64,000 nt of DNA from Sphyrna mokarran. Taxonomy: Eukaryota. This document shows, one piece after another, positions 13,549 to 25,319 of this stretch (position 1 is the stretch's first letter; each line of letters starts with the position of its first letter). The position numbers and the translations under genes are program-made. The stretch is from positions 12,710,001-12,774,000 of the forward strand of contig JAGIQG010000036.1 in NCBI GenBank assembly GCA_024679065.1, in the 5' to 3' direction. The notes under the pieces are model-generated. The model was not told the origin of the DNA and made no database searches. It was given only the letters and a program-made list of their open reading frames with translations.

Positions 13549-14316
13549 TAAACGCCAGGCGCAGTAGTACACTGCTGTGTGATTTGCCCACAGCCCAGAT
13601 GACTTCAGGTAAAAGTGAGTTTTGTTGGGTCTTCTGGCAGTGAATCCCTCAACCTCACTGGAGGAAGGATTAACCGTTCCGCGGTAGTTGGAATAAAAAA
13701 TGATCTGAGGCTCACGTTCAGGGTGCCATCGATACCAGTAGAAGTAGTCGCTTGCATCTGATTCCTTGTTAAGGCATTCGATGTTGACTGGAGTGCCTGG
13801 GGAGCTCGATATGGAAGTGGGAGTCTGTTTGATCAGCACTGCAGCAACATCTGTAAAACAGGGAGGGGGAAATATAAACACAAGGATAGTTTGCGTGGGG
13901 ATGCCGAGCATGCAGGGAAAAGGAGGGAAGAGGAGACAGAGAAGCAGAGACACAAGGAGATGGAGAAACTAGGAAAAAGCTAGGAGAGGTTAGAAGAGGA
14001 TAGATGCTGACACGGGGAGAGAGAAAACTATACCTTAAGAAAAGAGAGAAGGGGAGATAGAGATGAGGACTTGGATAACCAGAGAAAGAATGAAGGGAGT
14101 AGAGTGGATAGTCAGGCAGTGCCAGGCAATGGCGACGATAAACGGAAAAATGGATAGAAACAGAGAGAGGTAGACGGTGTTGAGAACATCCACCAACAAG
14201 TTAATGTCAAGGCTGACTTCCGAATGAAGATACCGAGGGCAGTGACAGTGAGTCACATCCAGCTCTACTTTACCCGTTAGCATGAGCAACGCAATCCAGA
14301 GCGGGGATGGAGTCAT
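13549..14316 (-). CDS. TRBV: TCR beta V gene segment V1 (CAW family); leader exon 14274-14316, V exon 13549-13850
   Basis: Leader MTPSPLWIALLMLT + GT donor; ttttacAG acceptor; V exon ...NIEC...YWYRW...NHTAVYYCAWRL followed directly by a 23-RSS. Confidence 0.9.
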
Positions 14317-14555
14317 CTCTGGAGGCTGATCTCAATATTCGTGTGTTTATAGGTGGAATCGCTGAGCCTCTGTCTGACAGCGGGGGAGGGGCTCGGAGAT
14401 CGTCTGCAATGTTGTATGGTCAGAACGAAGGGGACTTCACTTATCTAATCAATTGGCTCCCACCTTTGGTGAGGTAATTTCCGGAGCGGGTTCGAGAGCA
14501 CCCGCCTCCGCCCCTTGGCCCCAGTGTAACTCTGCATTCGGATCTTGTTGTAGCG

Positions 14556-14594
14556 GGTTTTTGTCGCACTCATCCTGTTCATTGTGTCACTGTG
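14556..14594 (-). other. 23-RSS of V2
   Basis: Consensus CACAGTG-23-ACAAAAACC. Confidence 0.95.
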
Positions 14595-15018
14595 GAGTTG
14601 CCAGGCACAGTAATACACCCCAGAGTGGCTCGTCCGCAGGTTGGAAGTTTGCAGGTGGAAAGTAGAGTCGTCGCTCCTCGAGGCATTGAAGCCGTCCACC
14701 TCCGTCCTCGGCTGGATTTGCTCAGTGTTGGGCGAGTGGAAGAGCAGCGAAAGCTCACCGTTTGCGAGCTGGCGGTACCAGGAAAACACCGAGCTGAAGG
14801 AACCCTTTGCTGAGCAGAGAATTTTGAGGTTGGAATTCAGGGGTTTGGAGATTATAGTCGGACTTTGATGAACTGTGCTACCGGCTACACCTGCAAAATA
14901 AGGAGGATAATCATGGGTTAACGTTTCAAATCATCTTCAAATTCAAACTGCGGCAAGCGATTACCTAGGGAGACTCACCATGCAACAGCACAGACACAAA
15001 AAATAGATTTAAATACAT
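14595..15018 (-). CDS. TRBV: TCR beta V gene segment V2 (divergent CAW family); leader 14979-15018, V exon 14595-14890
   Basis: Leader MYLNLFFVSVLLH|GTGAGT; V exon STVHQSP...ILCSAK...WYRQ...SHSGVYYCAWQL, open frame. Confidence 0.9.
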
Positions 15019-15394
15019 TTTGATTAATAGCTCGTACAAGTTAAACCAACCAGACTTTGAATTTCAAATGTCTACAGTCATGGGGACACTTGGCCATTTA
15101 TACAACTGCCCTTCTGTTTGATTGATAGCCACCTACTCCAAGCCCCGCCTACTGGCAGCGCTGATCCCTCCCCCGCCATCCCCATCACTCCATTTCACTA
15201 AAGAGCCTCCTCCCTCACGCCATTGTGTCAAATCTCCTCTGCACCTTCTCTGAGATCTTGACATTAGTTCGTGAATTATGGTGTCTGGAATTGGGCACAG
15301 CACACGCACTCCAGCCGGGAAAATGAACGTTATTTAATATATCGGTGAATGAAATTTGTGAGGAAATTGTCGTTCATTTCTATTCTTCCGGGAT

Positions 15395-16500
15395 ATAGAA
15401 CATAGAACATAGAACATAGAACACTACAGCACAGAACAGGCCCTTCGGCCTTCGATGTTGCGCCGACCAATATAAAAAGCAATGCCCCTCCAAACTAAAC
15501 CATTCCCTTCTCTTCCATATACTTATCAACTAACCTCTTAAACGCCACCAAACTTGGCGCATCTACAACTGCTGCAGGCAGGGCATTCCACTCCCGAACC
15601 ACCCTTTGGGTAAAGAACCTACCTCTGATATCCGTCCTATAACTATCACCCCTTAATTTAAAGCTGTGTCCCCTCGTGCTAGCTTTTTCCATCCTAGGAA
15701 AAAGGCTATCACTGTCCACCCTATCTAAACCTCTAATCATCTTATATGTTTCGATAAGGTCTCCTCTTAGCCGCCTCCTTTCTAACGAAAACAACCTCAA
15801 ATCCCTCAGCCTCTCTTCATAAGACCTGCCCTCCATACCAGGCAACATCCTGGTAAACCTCCTCTGTACCCTCTCCAATGCCTCCACATCTTTCTTATAA
15901 TGCGGGGACCAGAACTGCACACAATACTCCAAGTGCGACCGCACTAGAGTTTTGTACAGTTGCAACATGACGTTGCGGCTCCGAAATTCAATCCCCCTAC
16001 CAATAAAAGCCAAGACTCCATATGCCTTCTTAACAACCTTCTCGACTTGACTGCCTACTTTCAGGGATCTATGCACATACACACCAAGATCCCTCTGTTC
16101 ATCAAGACTACTAAGAATCCTACCATTAGCCCTATACTCTACACATTTATTATTTCTGCCATAGTGCATTACCTCACACTTTTCCACATTAAACTCCATT
16201 TGCCACCTCTCGGCCCAGCTCTGCAACTTGTCTAAGCCCCTCTGCAAACTATAACACCCCTCTTCACTATCTACCACTCCACCGACTTTAGTGTCATCTG
16301 CAAATTTACTAATCCATCCTTCAATACCCTCATCCAGATCATTTATAAAAATTACAAACAGCAGGGGCCCCAAAACAGACCCCTGAGGTACACCACTTGT
16401 CACCGAACTCCACGATGAATATCTCCCATCAACCACCACCCTCTGTCTTCTATCCGCTAGCCAATTCCTAACCCAATTAGCTAAATCACCTTCTATGGTG
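15395..16500 (-). mobile_element. 5'-truncated CR1-type LINE (RT C-terminus, 3' UTR, (TTCTATG)n tail)
   Basis: Intact ORF with [13 protein letters not shown] and FADDTK RT motifs; tandem-repeat tail at 15395-15421. Confidence 0.92.
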
Positions 16501-16574
16501 AACAAAGGTGATATGGTGAATAAAGCAACAACCTGGGGGAAATTGCAAAGGTACTGCGCGAGTCAGGTGTAATC

Positions 16575-16875
16575 ATAGAATCGTAGAGTCCCTATAGTAC
16601 AGAAGGTAGCCATTCGGCCATCGAGTATGTACTAACCATTGTCCCACCCAGGCCCTATTCCTGTAACTCCACCTATGTACCCTGCTAATTCCCCTGACAG
16701 GAAGCTCAATTTAATGTGGCCAATCAACCTAACCCGCACATCTTTGGATTATGGGAGGAAACCGAAGCACCCAGAGGAAACTCACGCAGGTACGGGGAGA
16801 ACGTGCAGACGCCATTCAAACAGTGACACAAAGCCGGAATTGAACCTGGGTCCCTGGCGCTGTGCCACTGCGCTG
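16575..16875 (-). mobile_element. V-SINE
   Basis: GGGAGGAAACCGaAGCACCCaGAGGAAAC core. Confidence 0.7.
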
Positions 16876-17702
16876 TCAACTGTTGGTTTTGGCAACAGTC
16901 CCCAGAAATCATATTGGGATCAACACTTTTAACTCTCTCTCTCTCTCTTTCTCTGCGGAAGCTGCCAAATCTGCAGAGCTTCCGCAGCACTTTCTGTTTT
17001 TCCTGCACACAGATGAAGTTATATTATAAATCCGAGTTAGCTGATGAGGATGGATTAGACATTAAAATCTGTATTGTCCCACAGTAGAGATTCAGCGGCA
17101 CGAGAATATGCAACCAAAAGCGCCCCAGTTTCCCAGTGTAACCAATTAGGAAGGACTTCCTAGATGTACATTGAAATAGATCCGCCCAGTGTAACCAATT
17201 AGAAAGGACTTCCCAGATATACATTGAAATAGATCCGCCTTCTGATAGGTTGCTCTCTCACTGTAGGGATTCTATAATTCTATGATTTTAGACTGGGTCG
17301 GGATAAATGAGTTTCTATCAAGCTGTGCCACAAGGACCGGATGGGGCTTGAACGGTTTGTAATTTATATTAAAGAAGGGGCCGGGTGTATTGGAAAGATA
17401 ATGATATAGGTAAGTAAAATGGGGGGAGGGGGTGCGGGTGCGGGGAAGAGGATACACTGGAAGCTCGTGGAAGGCCTTCACGCTTTAATCTGATCCGAAT
17501 CTCACAATACCATTGATGAACTTGCATCTCACCTTTTGATTGGCATTCACCTCAAACCCCCCTCCCCCTCATTTATCAGGCTATTGTCCCCACGGTCTCA
17601 GTGAGAGATCCACACATACACTGGGGCTCCCACCTCCTAGAAACGTGGCTGATAAAATGGCTTGAGGCTAAACGGGCGGTGGTGGCCTTTTTGATCATTC
17701 AA

Positions 17703-17741
17703 GGTTTTTGTCACAGAGTCGAACTGTTCTGGACCGCTGTG
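17703..17741 (-). other. 23-RSS of V3
   Basis: CACAGCG-23-ACAAAAACC. Confidence 0.93.
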
Positions 17742-18717
17742 CTCCATCAGAAGTTGCACAGTAGTAAAGCGCCGTGTCTGACCCTCTGACGCTGCCCAGC
17801 CGCAGCGCCGATTTCCTATCATCCGAACTTCGGGTGATGGTAAACCCGGCGTTAAAACTCTCTTCATACTTCGCTTGACTCCCCGACATGTAACCGATCA
17901 GAGTGAGCCCCTTCCCGCGGTGCTGCCGGTACCAGAGCATGGTAGTGCGGACTGTTCCATTCTGATAACAGTTCAGTTCGGCAACTTCACTCTCCTGCGC
18001 GGCGAATATAGCCGGCCATTGATGCACCACGTCTTTCGAGAAAGCATCTGCAAAAATATTGCCAATATTAATATATAAATGTTAAACCAGGTACCTCTAA
18101 AATTATCTTTGAGAAGAAACTCGCCCATCAAACTGAGGGCCATTTAATTAGGCGCATTCCCCTCTCAGCAGCCCCAAATCTTTACAAATGTTCTCCCCTG
18201 TCGTCTACACACTAAGGTTCCATTTTGAAAATTACTTTAGAATTAACTTGCATCGTCATTTGAGCGGCTTCCAAAACACAACTCTACTTGAACTAAAAAT
18301 CGCTTTATTTCTCTCACTGCTTGATTTGCCAATTGTTTTACTGACATATTGTTACGTTGACCCCTTGATATGGCTCATTTATTAGTCACAAGTAAGGCTT
18401 GCATTAACACTGCAATGAAGTTAACGTGAAATTTTCCTAGTCGCCACAGTCCGCGCCTGTTCCCATCTATGAGAGTAGATCGGAGCATCCGCACAGACAC
18501 GGGAAGAACGTGCAAGCTCCACACAGACAGAGACCAAAGCCGGGAATCGAACCCGGATGCCTGGCTCTGCGAAGCAGCAGTGCTAGTCATTATTCCACCG
18601 TGCCGCCCCTATAGATGCTATTAGAGTCACAAAATTAGAGTCACAAAATGTCAATAAGTCCCCCTGCTTACATGGCACCAGAAGGATAATAACGAGAGCG
18701 AAAGAATCTAAAGACAT
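17742..18717 (-). CDS. TRBV: TCR beta V gene segment V3; leader 18672-18717, V exon 17742-18047
   Basis: Leader MSLDSFALVIILLVP|GTAAG; V exon VHQWP...LNCYQ...MLWYRQHRGKGLTLIGY...DTALYYCATSD, typical fish TRBV framework. Confidence 0.9.
18375..18608 (-). mobile_element. tRNA-derived SINE in the V3 intron
   Basis: GGGTTCGATTCCCGG box B and the shared AAGCCTTACTTGTGACTAATAAA tail. Confidence 0.7.
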
Positions 18718-19149
18718 CTTGGATTGACTCAAACCCAGTGACAGTGCGCTTTAATGCAATGTTGCCTGATGCCCTGCCCCCTGTGACGTTGGGGCTGAGT
18801 TAATAAATCATTTTAGAAAAGGATTCGGAAGTATCAAATGGGGGTGTCAATCTCCCAGCACAGCTTTTTCACACTGAGAGTTATTAATACTTGGAAGGCA
18901 CTGTCCCACAGTGTGGTGGACGCTGGTTCAGTTGAAGCATTTAAAAGGAAATTGGAAAAGGGAGAATTGCAGGGAATACAGGGAGAGGGCGGGAGAAGAA
19001 AACTAGGTAAATTGCATATTGGGAGAGCCGGTGCAGGCATAATGGGCTGAATGGTCTCCTTCTGTGCAGCACTGACTTTGTCATGAATGTGGCAGTGCAA
19101 TCATTTGCCTGGAACTCGAGATTGTAGCTGGCCACTACTGCTGGAATGG

Positions 19150-19430
19150 CACTGTGGCACAGTGGTTAGCACTGCTGTCTCAGAGGTCAAGGACGCCGGT
19201 TCGATTCCAGGTTTGTGTAACTGCTTATTTGCACCCTCTCTCCAAGTCTGCATGGGGCTGCTCTTGCAGTCCAAAGATGAGCGGGTTAGATGGATTGGCC
19301 ATGCTAAATTGCTTCTTATTGTCAGGGGGACAACTAGCTGGGGCAAATACGTGAGGATAGTGCCTGAGTGGGATTGTGATCGGTGCAAAGTCGATGAGCT
19401 GAACAGTCTCAGTCTACACAGTGGGATTCG
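19150..19430 (+). mobile_element. tRNA-derived SINE
   Basis: GGCACAGTGGTTAGCACTG...GGTTCGATTCC head. Confidence 0.7.
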
Positions 19431-20010
19431 AAGATGACCCTAAAAGCGACTTCAAAAGGGGACTCTCAGAATGAGAGGAGATATCTCAGAGGGCGGTGAT
19501 AACAGAGAGAGAGACCAGGGAGGCACGGGGATGAGAATTTTAAGGAGCATGAGAAATTTTAAATCAAAATTTTGATTGAACGCATGTCATTGTAGGTTAG
19601 TGAGCAAAGCAGTTAATGGGGTTTGGTGCGGGCAAACAGACTGCAGCAGAAATGTAGATAACCTGAAGATTGCGAGGTAGAATGCAGGAGACAGCCAGGG
19701 CTGACGTGGAATAGTCAAGTCGAATGGGAATAGTGACATGGATGAGAATGTTAGCAGCAGATTCGCTGAAATAGTGGCGAAGAGCCGCAAAGTTAATGAA
19801 TTACGTGGGTAGAAATAATAAGGGCAACGTATGAGATCGGAAGCTCATCTTGTGGTCAAATACTACCCAAACTAATGGATTCAATTCTAGGTTGTTGTGA
19901 GAAAGAAGAATGCGTCACCAGCTGGTATGAAGTTGTCCACGTTGGACTGGGGTGGGCGCAGTAAGTAGTCTCACAACACTAGGTTAAAGTCCAACAGGTT
20001 TATTTGGCAG

Positions 20011-20045
20011 CACGAGCTTTCGGAGGGCTGCTCCTTCATCAGGTG
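20011..20045 (-). ncRNA. Minimal hammerhead ribozyme within a Penelope-derived hairpin (19965-20087)
   Basis: cac-CTGATGA-a-GGAG-cagcc-CTCC-GAAA-gcTC-gtg: intact core, stem II, palindromic AGCT stem III, stem I. Confidence 0.7.
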
Positions 20046-20569
20046 AGTGCTGCCAAATAAACATGTTGGACTTTAACCTGCTGTTGTCACCAAAAAGAGA
20101 ACAGAATTTCGAATTGAATCGAAAAGAAGACCTTTAATCTTTCTAGTATTTAACTGAACTAAATTTCTACTTTTGCCGTGTCGGGTGTCTGCATAGCAGT
20201 CTGATCCTCCAAAATCAGTATAACGTAGGGAGAGTGGGGCTAGTGAAGGGGCCAAGCTGATAGGTTAACATAGAGATAGATGGGGACGGTTTCTGTGAAT
20301 TATAAACATACTTGTTGGTCTAATTGCCCCTGGACCCTTTGAAAACATGTGAGCTGCCTTCTAGAATCGCTACGTAGGATGTAGGTATAGCCAAGGATCT
20401 GTTATGGTGTAGGAACAGTTCCGAGACTCTGAACTAGTTCTGGCCAATGGTGACTTTCTGGATGTTGATAGCGGGTGTTCATCAATTGTAATGTCAAGGT
20501 GTGATGGTTGGACTCTATATTTTTGGTCATAGTCATTGACTGACGCTTCTGTGGCATTAGTTCTTCTAT

Positions 20570-20800
20570 GGACAACCCTGCCCTCCTATCGACATGTCCT
20601 TCCTTGGCCTTTTGCAATGTCCTAGCGAACCCCAAAGTAAAGTGGAGGGACAGCAACTCACCTTTTGATTTGAAACATTGCAGCCTCCCGGACTGAACAT
20701 TGAGTTCAACAACTTCAGAGCATGAACTCTCCCCTCCACCTTCACCCCATTCCCATTTATTTTGTTTCATTCTGTTTCTTCTTTTCATCTCATTCACCCA
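20570..20800 (+). mobile_element. Penelope-like 3' fragment
   Basis: Degenerate ...LQPPGLNIEFNNFRA* C-terminal motif. Confidence 0.6.
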
Positions 20801-21769
20801 TTTTTATCAAGCGTCTTTCTCACATCCATTTTTCCCTTGATTGTCGAAAATGCCTCAGCCTTATCTTTTGCACTAATGTGCTGGTTTCCTCCATCACCGA
20901 AGCTAGGGACATCTATGGAGGCATCTTCTGAAGAGTGTTTACTTATTTGGCCACCGTATTAACGGGCTAACTAGTTAAGCAAAGTTGTTTGGTTAATTAT
21001 TATTCACTAAAATTTACAGATGAAGCCATTTAAAGACAATTACACAGGGTTTGCATTACGCATGCCTGGACATATCTTGGTTAACTTTCGACTTCCATAG
21101 ACATGAGCTTGTCCAAACGCTTGTTACCCTTAATCCAACAGATCCCCCATATCTCTGCAACCTCATCCATTTTCTCCGCTAGTTCTATATCCTGCCACCA
21201 GATTCTAAATCCTCCCTATCTCTGTCTCCACCTGCGACCACTACAACCTTTTCTATCTCTGTAACAGTAACAACGGCAGTTCCCCATAACTCCATGCCCT
21301 CTTCCATTCCATGCAGTCTACCTTATGCATGTAGCCTCCTCCAGTCCCCACAGCTCTCTTTATCTCTACAATCTTCTCAAACTCATAAAGCCCTCACAGT
21401 CTCTGCAACCTGACCCAGACCATTTAAAACTTCATATGATGGACACATTCATCAGTCATACAACTCCAGGATTTTGATCTCTTTCACATTGGCGGTCTAT
21501 CTTCATATGCACGAGATAATGCGCCTGAACTTCCTCGGAATGGGTGCAATTTAATTTCTCCACATTTTTAAGCTGTCTTTAAAATTTACCTCGTTGACCA
21601 AATGTTTGTTCAGCTGATCTAATATGTTCTCTTGTTTCATATTAATCTGTTCTTTTCACAATCTACGCCCAAAAATATGTTTTGTCCAATTCGGATGAAG
21701 AGTGTCTGGCAGCATCTATTCATTTACGAAAGAATGCTAGTGGATATGAAAATAATAGTGCTGAACTGC

Positions 21770-22098
21770 CTTGAGGGTCAGTACTGAGGGAATCTATACT
21801 GTTTGAGGATCATAACCGAAAGAGTTCTACTTGAGGATCAGTACTGAGAGATTCTGCACTGTCTGAGGGTCAGTACTGAAGGAATCTATACTGTTTGAAG
21901 ATCATAACTGAAAGAGTTCTACTTGAGGGTCGGTACTGAGATTCTACACTGTCTGAGGGTCAGCACTGAGGGAGCCTGCACTGAGACTACTCGTGAAGCT
22001 ACTGACGGTCTCTGCACTATCTGCGAGTCAATACTGAGGGTAACTGCACTGACTGAAGGTCAGTACTGAGATACCCTGCACTATCTGAGGGTCAGTAA
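21770..22098 (+). repeat. ~33-bp minisatellite (GAGGGTCAGTACTGAGGGA.TCTGCACTGTCT), left part
   Basis: Tandem degenerate units. Confidence 0.85.
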
Positions 22099-23418
22099 TC
22101 AAGTGACCAAAGACGTGGATGGGGGTAAGGCTGTTGATGTGGTATATATGGACTTTAGTAAGGCGTTCGATAAGGTGTTGATAAGGCTTCTGCAGAAAAT
22201 GCAGCTTATTGAAACATATAAGATAATTAGAGGTTTGGATAGGGTGGACAGTGATAGCCTTTTTCCTAGGATGGAAAAAGCTAGCACGAGGGACACCTTT
22301 AAATTAAGGGAAAAACAACAAACACCAAAGGTTTGGGAGTGGAATGCCTGCCTGCAGCGTTGTAGATGCGCCAAGTTCAAAAAAAAAAAAAAAACACACA
22401 CACACAACCACCCCACACTATGCTATGGGATAGAGGGTGATTTAGCTAATTGGATTAGGAATTGGCTAGCGGATAGAAGACAGAGGGTGGTGGTTGATGG
22501 GAGATACTCATCGTGGAGTTCGGTTACAAGTGGTGTACCTCAGGGGTCTGTTTTGGGGCCCCTGCTGTTTGTAATTTTTATAAATGATCTGGATGAGGGT
22601 ATTGAAGGATGGATTAGTAAATTTGCAGATGACACTAAAGTCGGTGGAGTGGTAGATAGTGAAGAGGGGTGTTATAGTTTGCAGAGAGACTTGGACAAGT
22701 TGCAGAGCTGGGCCGAGAGGTGGCAAATGGAGTTTAATGTGGAAAAGTGTGAGGTAATGCACTATGGCAGGAATAATAAATGTGTAGAGTATAGGGCTAA
22801 TGGTAGGATTCTTAGTAGTCTTGATGAACAGAGGGATCTTGGTGTGTATGTGCATAGATCCCTGAAAGTAGGCAGTCAAGTCGAGAAGGTTGTTAAGAAG
22901 GCATATGGAGTCTTAGCTTTTATTGGTAGGGGGATTGAATTTCGGAGCCGCAACGTCATGTTGCAACTGTACAAAACTCTAGTGCGGCCGCACTTGGAGT
23001 ATTGTGTGCAGTTCTGGTCCCCACATTATAAGAAAGATGTGGAGGCATTGGAGAGGGTACAGAGGAGGTTTACCAGGATGTTGCCTGGTATGGAGGGCAG
23101 GTCTTATGAGGAGAGGCTGAGGGATTTGAGGTTGTTTTCGTTAGAAAGGAGGCGGCTAAGAGGAGAACTTATCGAAACATATAAGATGATTAGAGGTTTA
23201 GATAGGGTGGACAGTGATAGCCTTTTTCCTAGGATGGAGAAAGCTAGCAGTTGTAGATGCGCCAAGTTTGGTGGCGTTTAAGAGGTTAGTTGATAAGTTT
23301 ATGGAAGAGAAGGGAATAGTTTAGTTTGGGGGGTCATTGCTTTTTTCATAATTGGTCGTCGCAACATCGAAGGCCGAAGGGCCTGTTCTGCGCTGTAATG
23401 TTCTATGTTCTATGTTCT
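22099..23418 (+). mobile_element. Rearranged CR1 LINE RT fragment with (TTCTATG)n tail
   Basis: [19 protein letters not shown] and FADD motifs; internal duplicated/misplaced segment at ~22205-22420. Confidence 0.88.
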
Positions 23419-24690
23419 GACTACTCTGGATCCCCCCCCCCCGAATCTGTTTAAAGCCCCCTGCATAGCCTTTGCAAATTTTCCCCCCACGATGTTAGTT
23501 CCCCTCTGGTTCAGGTGTAGACCATCTCTCTTGTAGAGGTCCCACCTATCCCAGAATGAGTCGCAATTGTTCAGGAACCTGAACCCCTCCCTCCTGCACC
23601 ATCCCCGCAGCCACGAGTTCAAACATTCCCTCTCTCTGTTCTTCTCTAAACTATCCCGTGGCACAGGCAAGAGTCCAGAGATAACCACTCTGCCAGCTTT
23701 GGCCCTAAGCTTCCACCCCAACTCCATAAATATCTGTTTAATATTCCCTTCCCTTGTCCTACCTATATCATGTGTCCCTACATGAACTATGACTTGGGGC
23801 TGACTCCCCTCTCCCTTAAAAATCTTAAAAACCCGCTTGGCGACATCCTGGACCCCAGCCCCTGGGAGGCAACACACCAGCCCTGAGTCCCTTTTATTAC
23901 TATTTACTCTCCTATCGGTCCCCTTAACTATGGAGTCTCCAATTACCAGGCCCAATCGCTTATTCCCCCTACCCACCTGAGCATTCTCAGCTGGCTCACC
24001 CCCAGAGACCTGCTCCCTTTGGCCATCTCCAGTTGATTCTTCCTCAACTGTAGCCTCCAGGACAGAAAATTTGTTTTGGAGGGGAACAGCCCCAGGGGAT
24101 TGTCTACCCAATTGCTTCTTACCCCTCTTCCTAATAGTTACCCAAGAATCACTTTTAGGAGTGACTATCTCTTTGTTACTCCTGCCAATATCCTCCTCAA
24201 CCTCTCGAATTATCCTGAGTTCCTCTAATTCCAGCTCCATCTCCTTAACACGATCCTCAAGGAGCTGCAGATGGGCACACTTCCTGCAGGTATAATCAGC
24301 AGGAACACTACTGATGTCCCTCACCTCGTACATACTACAGGAGGTGCAACGTACTGCCTGCATTGCCATCCCTGATACTTTAATTTCCAGGAGAGAAGAA
24401 AAACTTCCCACACACTTTTATTATTAGGTTCGAGGAGGGGGGAGGGTGGGATACTCTACCTGTGTAGAGTATCGGGTTTCCTCTCTGTACCAATTTATAG
24501 AGTCAGAGAGAAAAACTACAACTACCGGCAAGCCTCCTAATGACGACTTCCGGTTTTCAGTTAGTTTAAATAAAAACGGCAAAAAACTACCACCGCTCGC
24601 TACTTTAACCAAAGAGAAAAAGTTAAAAATCACTTAACACTCGAACTTTACGCTCTGCCAAATCGCTGCCTCTCCGTGCTGCTCCAAGGG
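23419..24690 (-). mobile_element. CR1 LINE 5' part: 5' UTR plus ORF1 (Zn-finger/leucine zipper and SGNH esterase)
   Basis: CTSC...CRKC, leucine heptads, VIGDSIV, HVGTHD and DGLHLN motifs in ORF 23410-24411. Confidence 0.9.
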
Positions 24691-24769
24691 AACAATGAGG
24701 CCGATACCCAGAGGTTAGTACTTATATAGCTTAAAAAACTACAACTACCGGCTATGCTGGAATAGATGC

Positions 24770-25235
24770 TGGACTATCTAAGGGTCAGTACTGAGTGAGT
24801 CTGCACTGACTGAGAGTGAGTACTGAGGGAATCTGTGCTGTCAGTGGGTCAGTAATGAGTGAGTACGTACTATCTGAATGTCAGTGCAGAGGGATTACTG
24901 CACTATCTAAGGGTCAGTACTGAGTAAGCCTGCACTGACTGAGGGCCAGTACTGAGGAAGTGCTTCACTGCCTGAGAATCAGTCCTGAAAGAGTGTTGCA
25001 TTGTCAGAGGGTCAGTGCTGCAGTATTTTCAGGGGGTCAGTGCTGAGGGAATGCTGCACTGTCGCATTTTTAGTACTGCACTGCCTAATGTTCAGTAGTG
25101 AGGGAATACTGCACTGTCAGAGGGTTAGTACTGAGGAAGGGCTGCACTACCTAATGTTGAATTCTGAGAGAGTGCTGTACTATTCAATGGTCAATATTGA
25201 GGGAGCACTGCACTGTCTATGTGCAGTATTGAGAT
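24770..25235 (+). repeat. ~33-bp minisatellite, right part
   Basis: Same unit as 21770-22098. Confidence 0.85.
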
Positions 25236-25319
25236 GCTAAATCGAGGCCTCTGTGTTATCGTGAGAGAGTGTAAACCATTTCTCCTCTTATTGGGAGAGC
25301 AGCTTTGGATGATGTGTAT

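Noticed and set aside
13549-15018. NARTCR-type double-V unit
   Set aside because: Both Vs have their own leader and 23-RSS; no intervening D/J and no VNAR-type sequence.
21770-25235. Regularly spaced ~33-bp repeats as a CRISPR array
   Set aside because: Head-to-tail minisatellite with no unique spacers, in vertebrate DNA with no cas genes.
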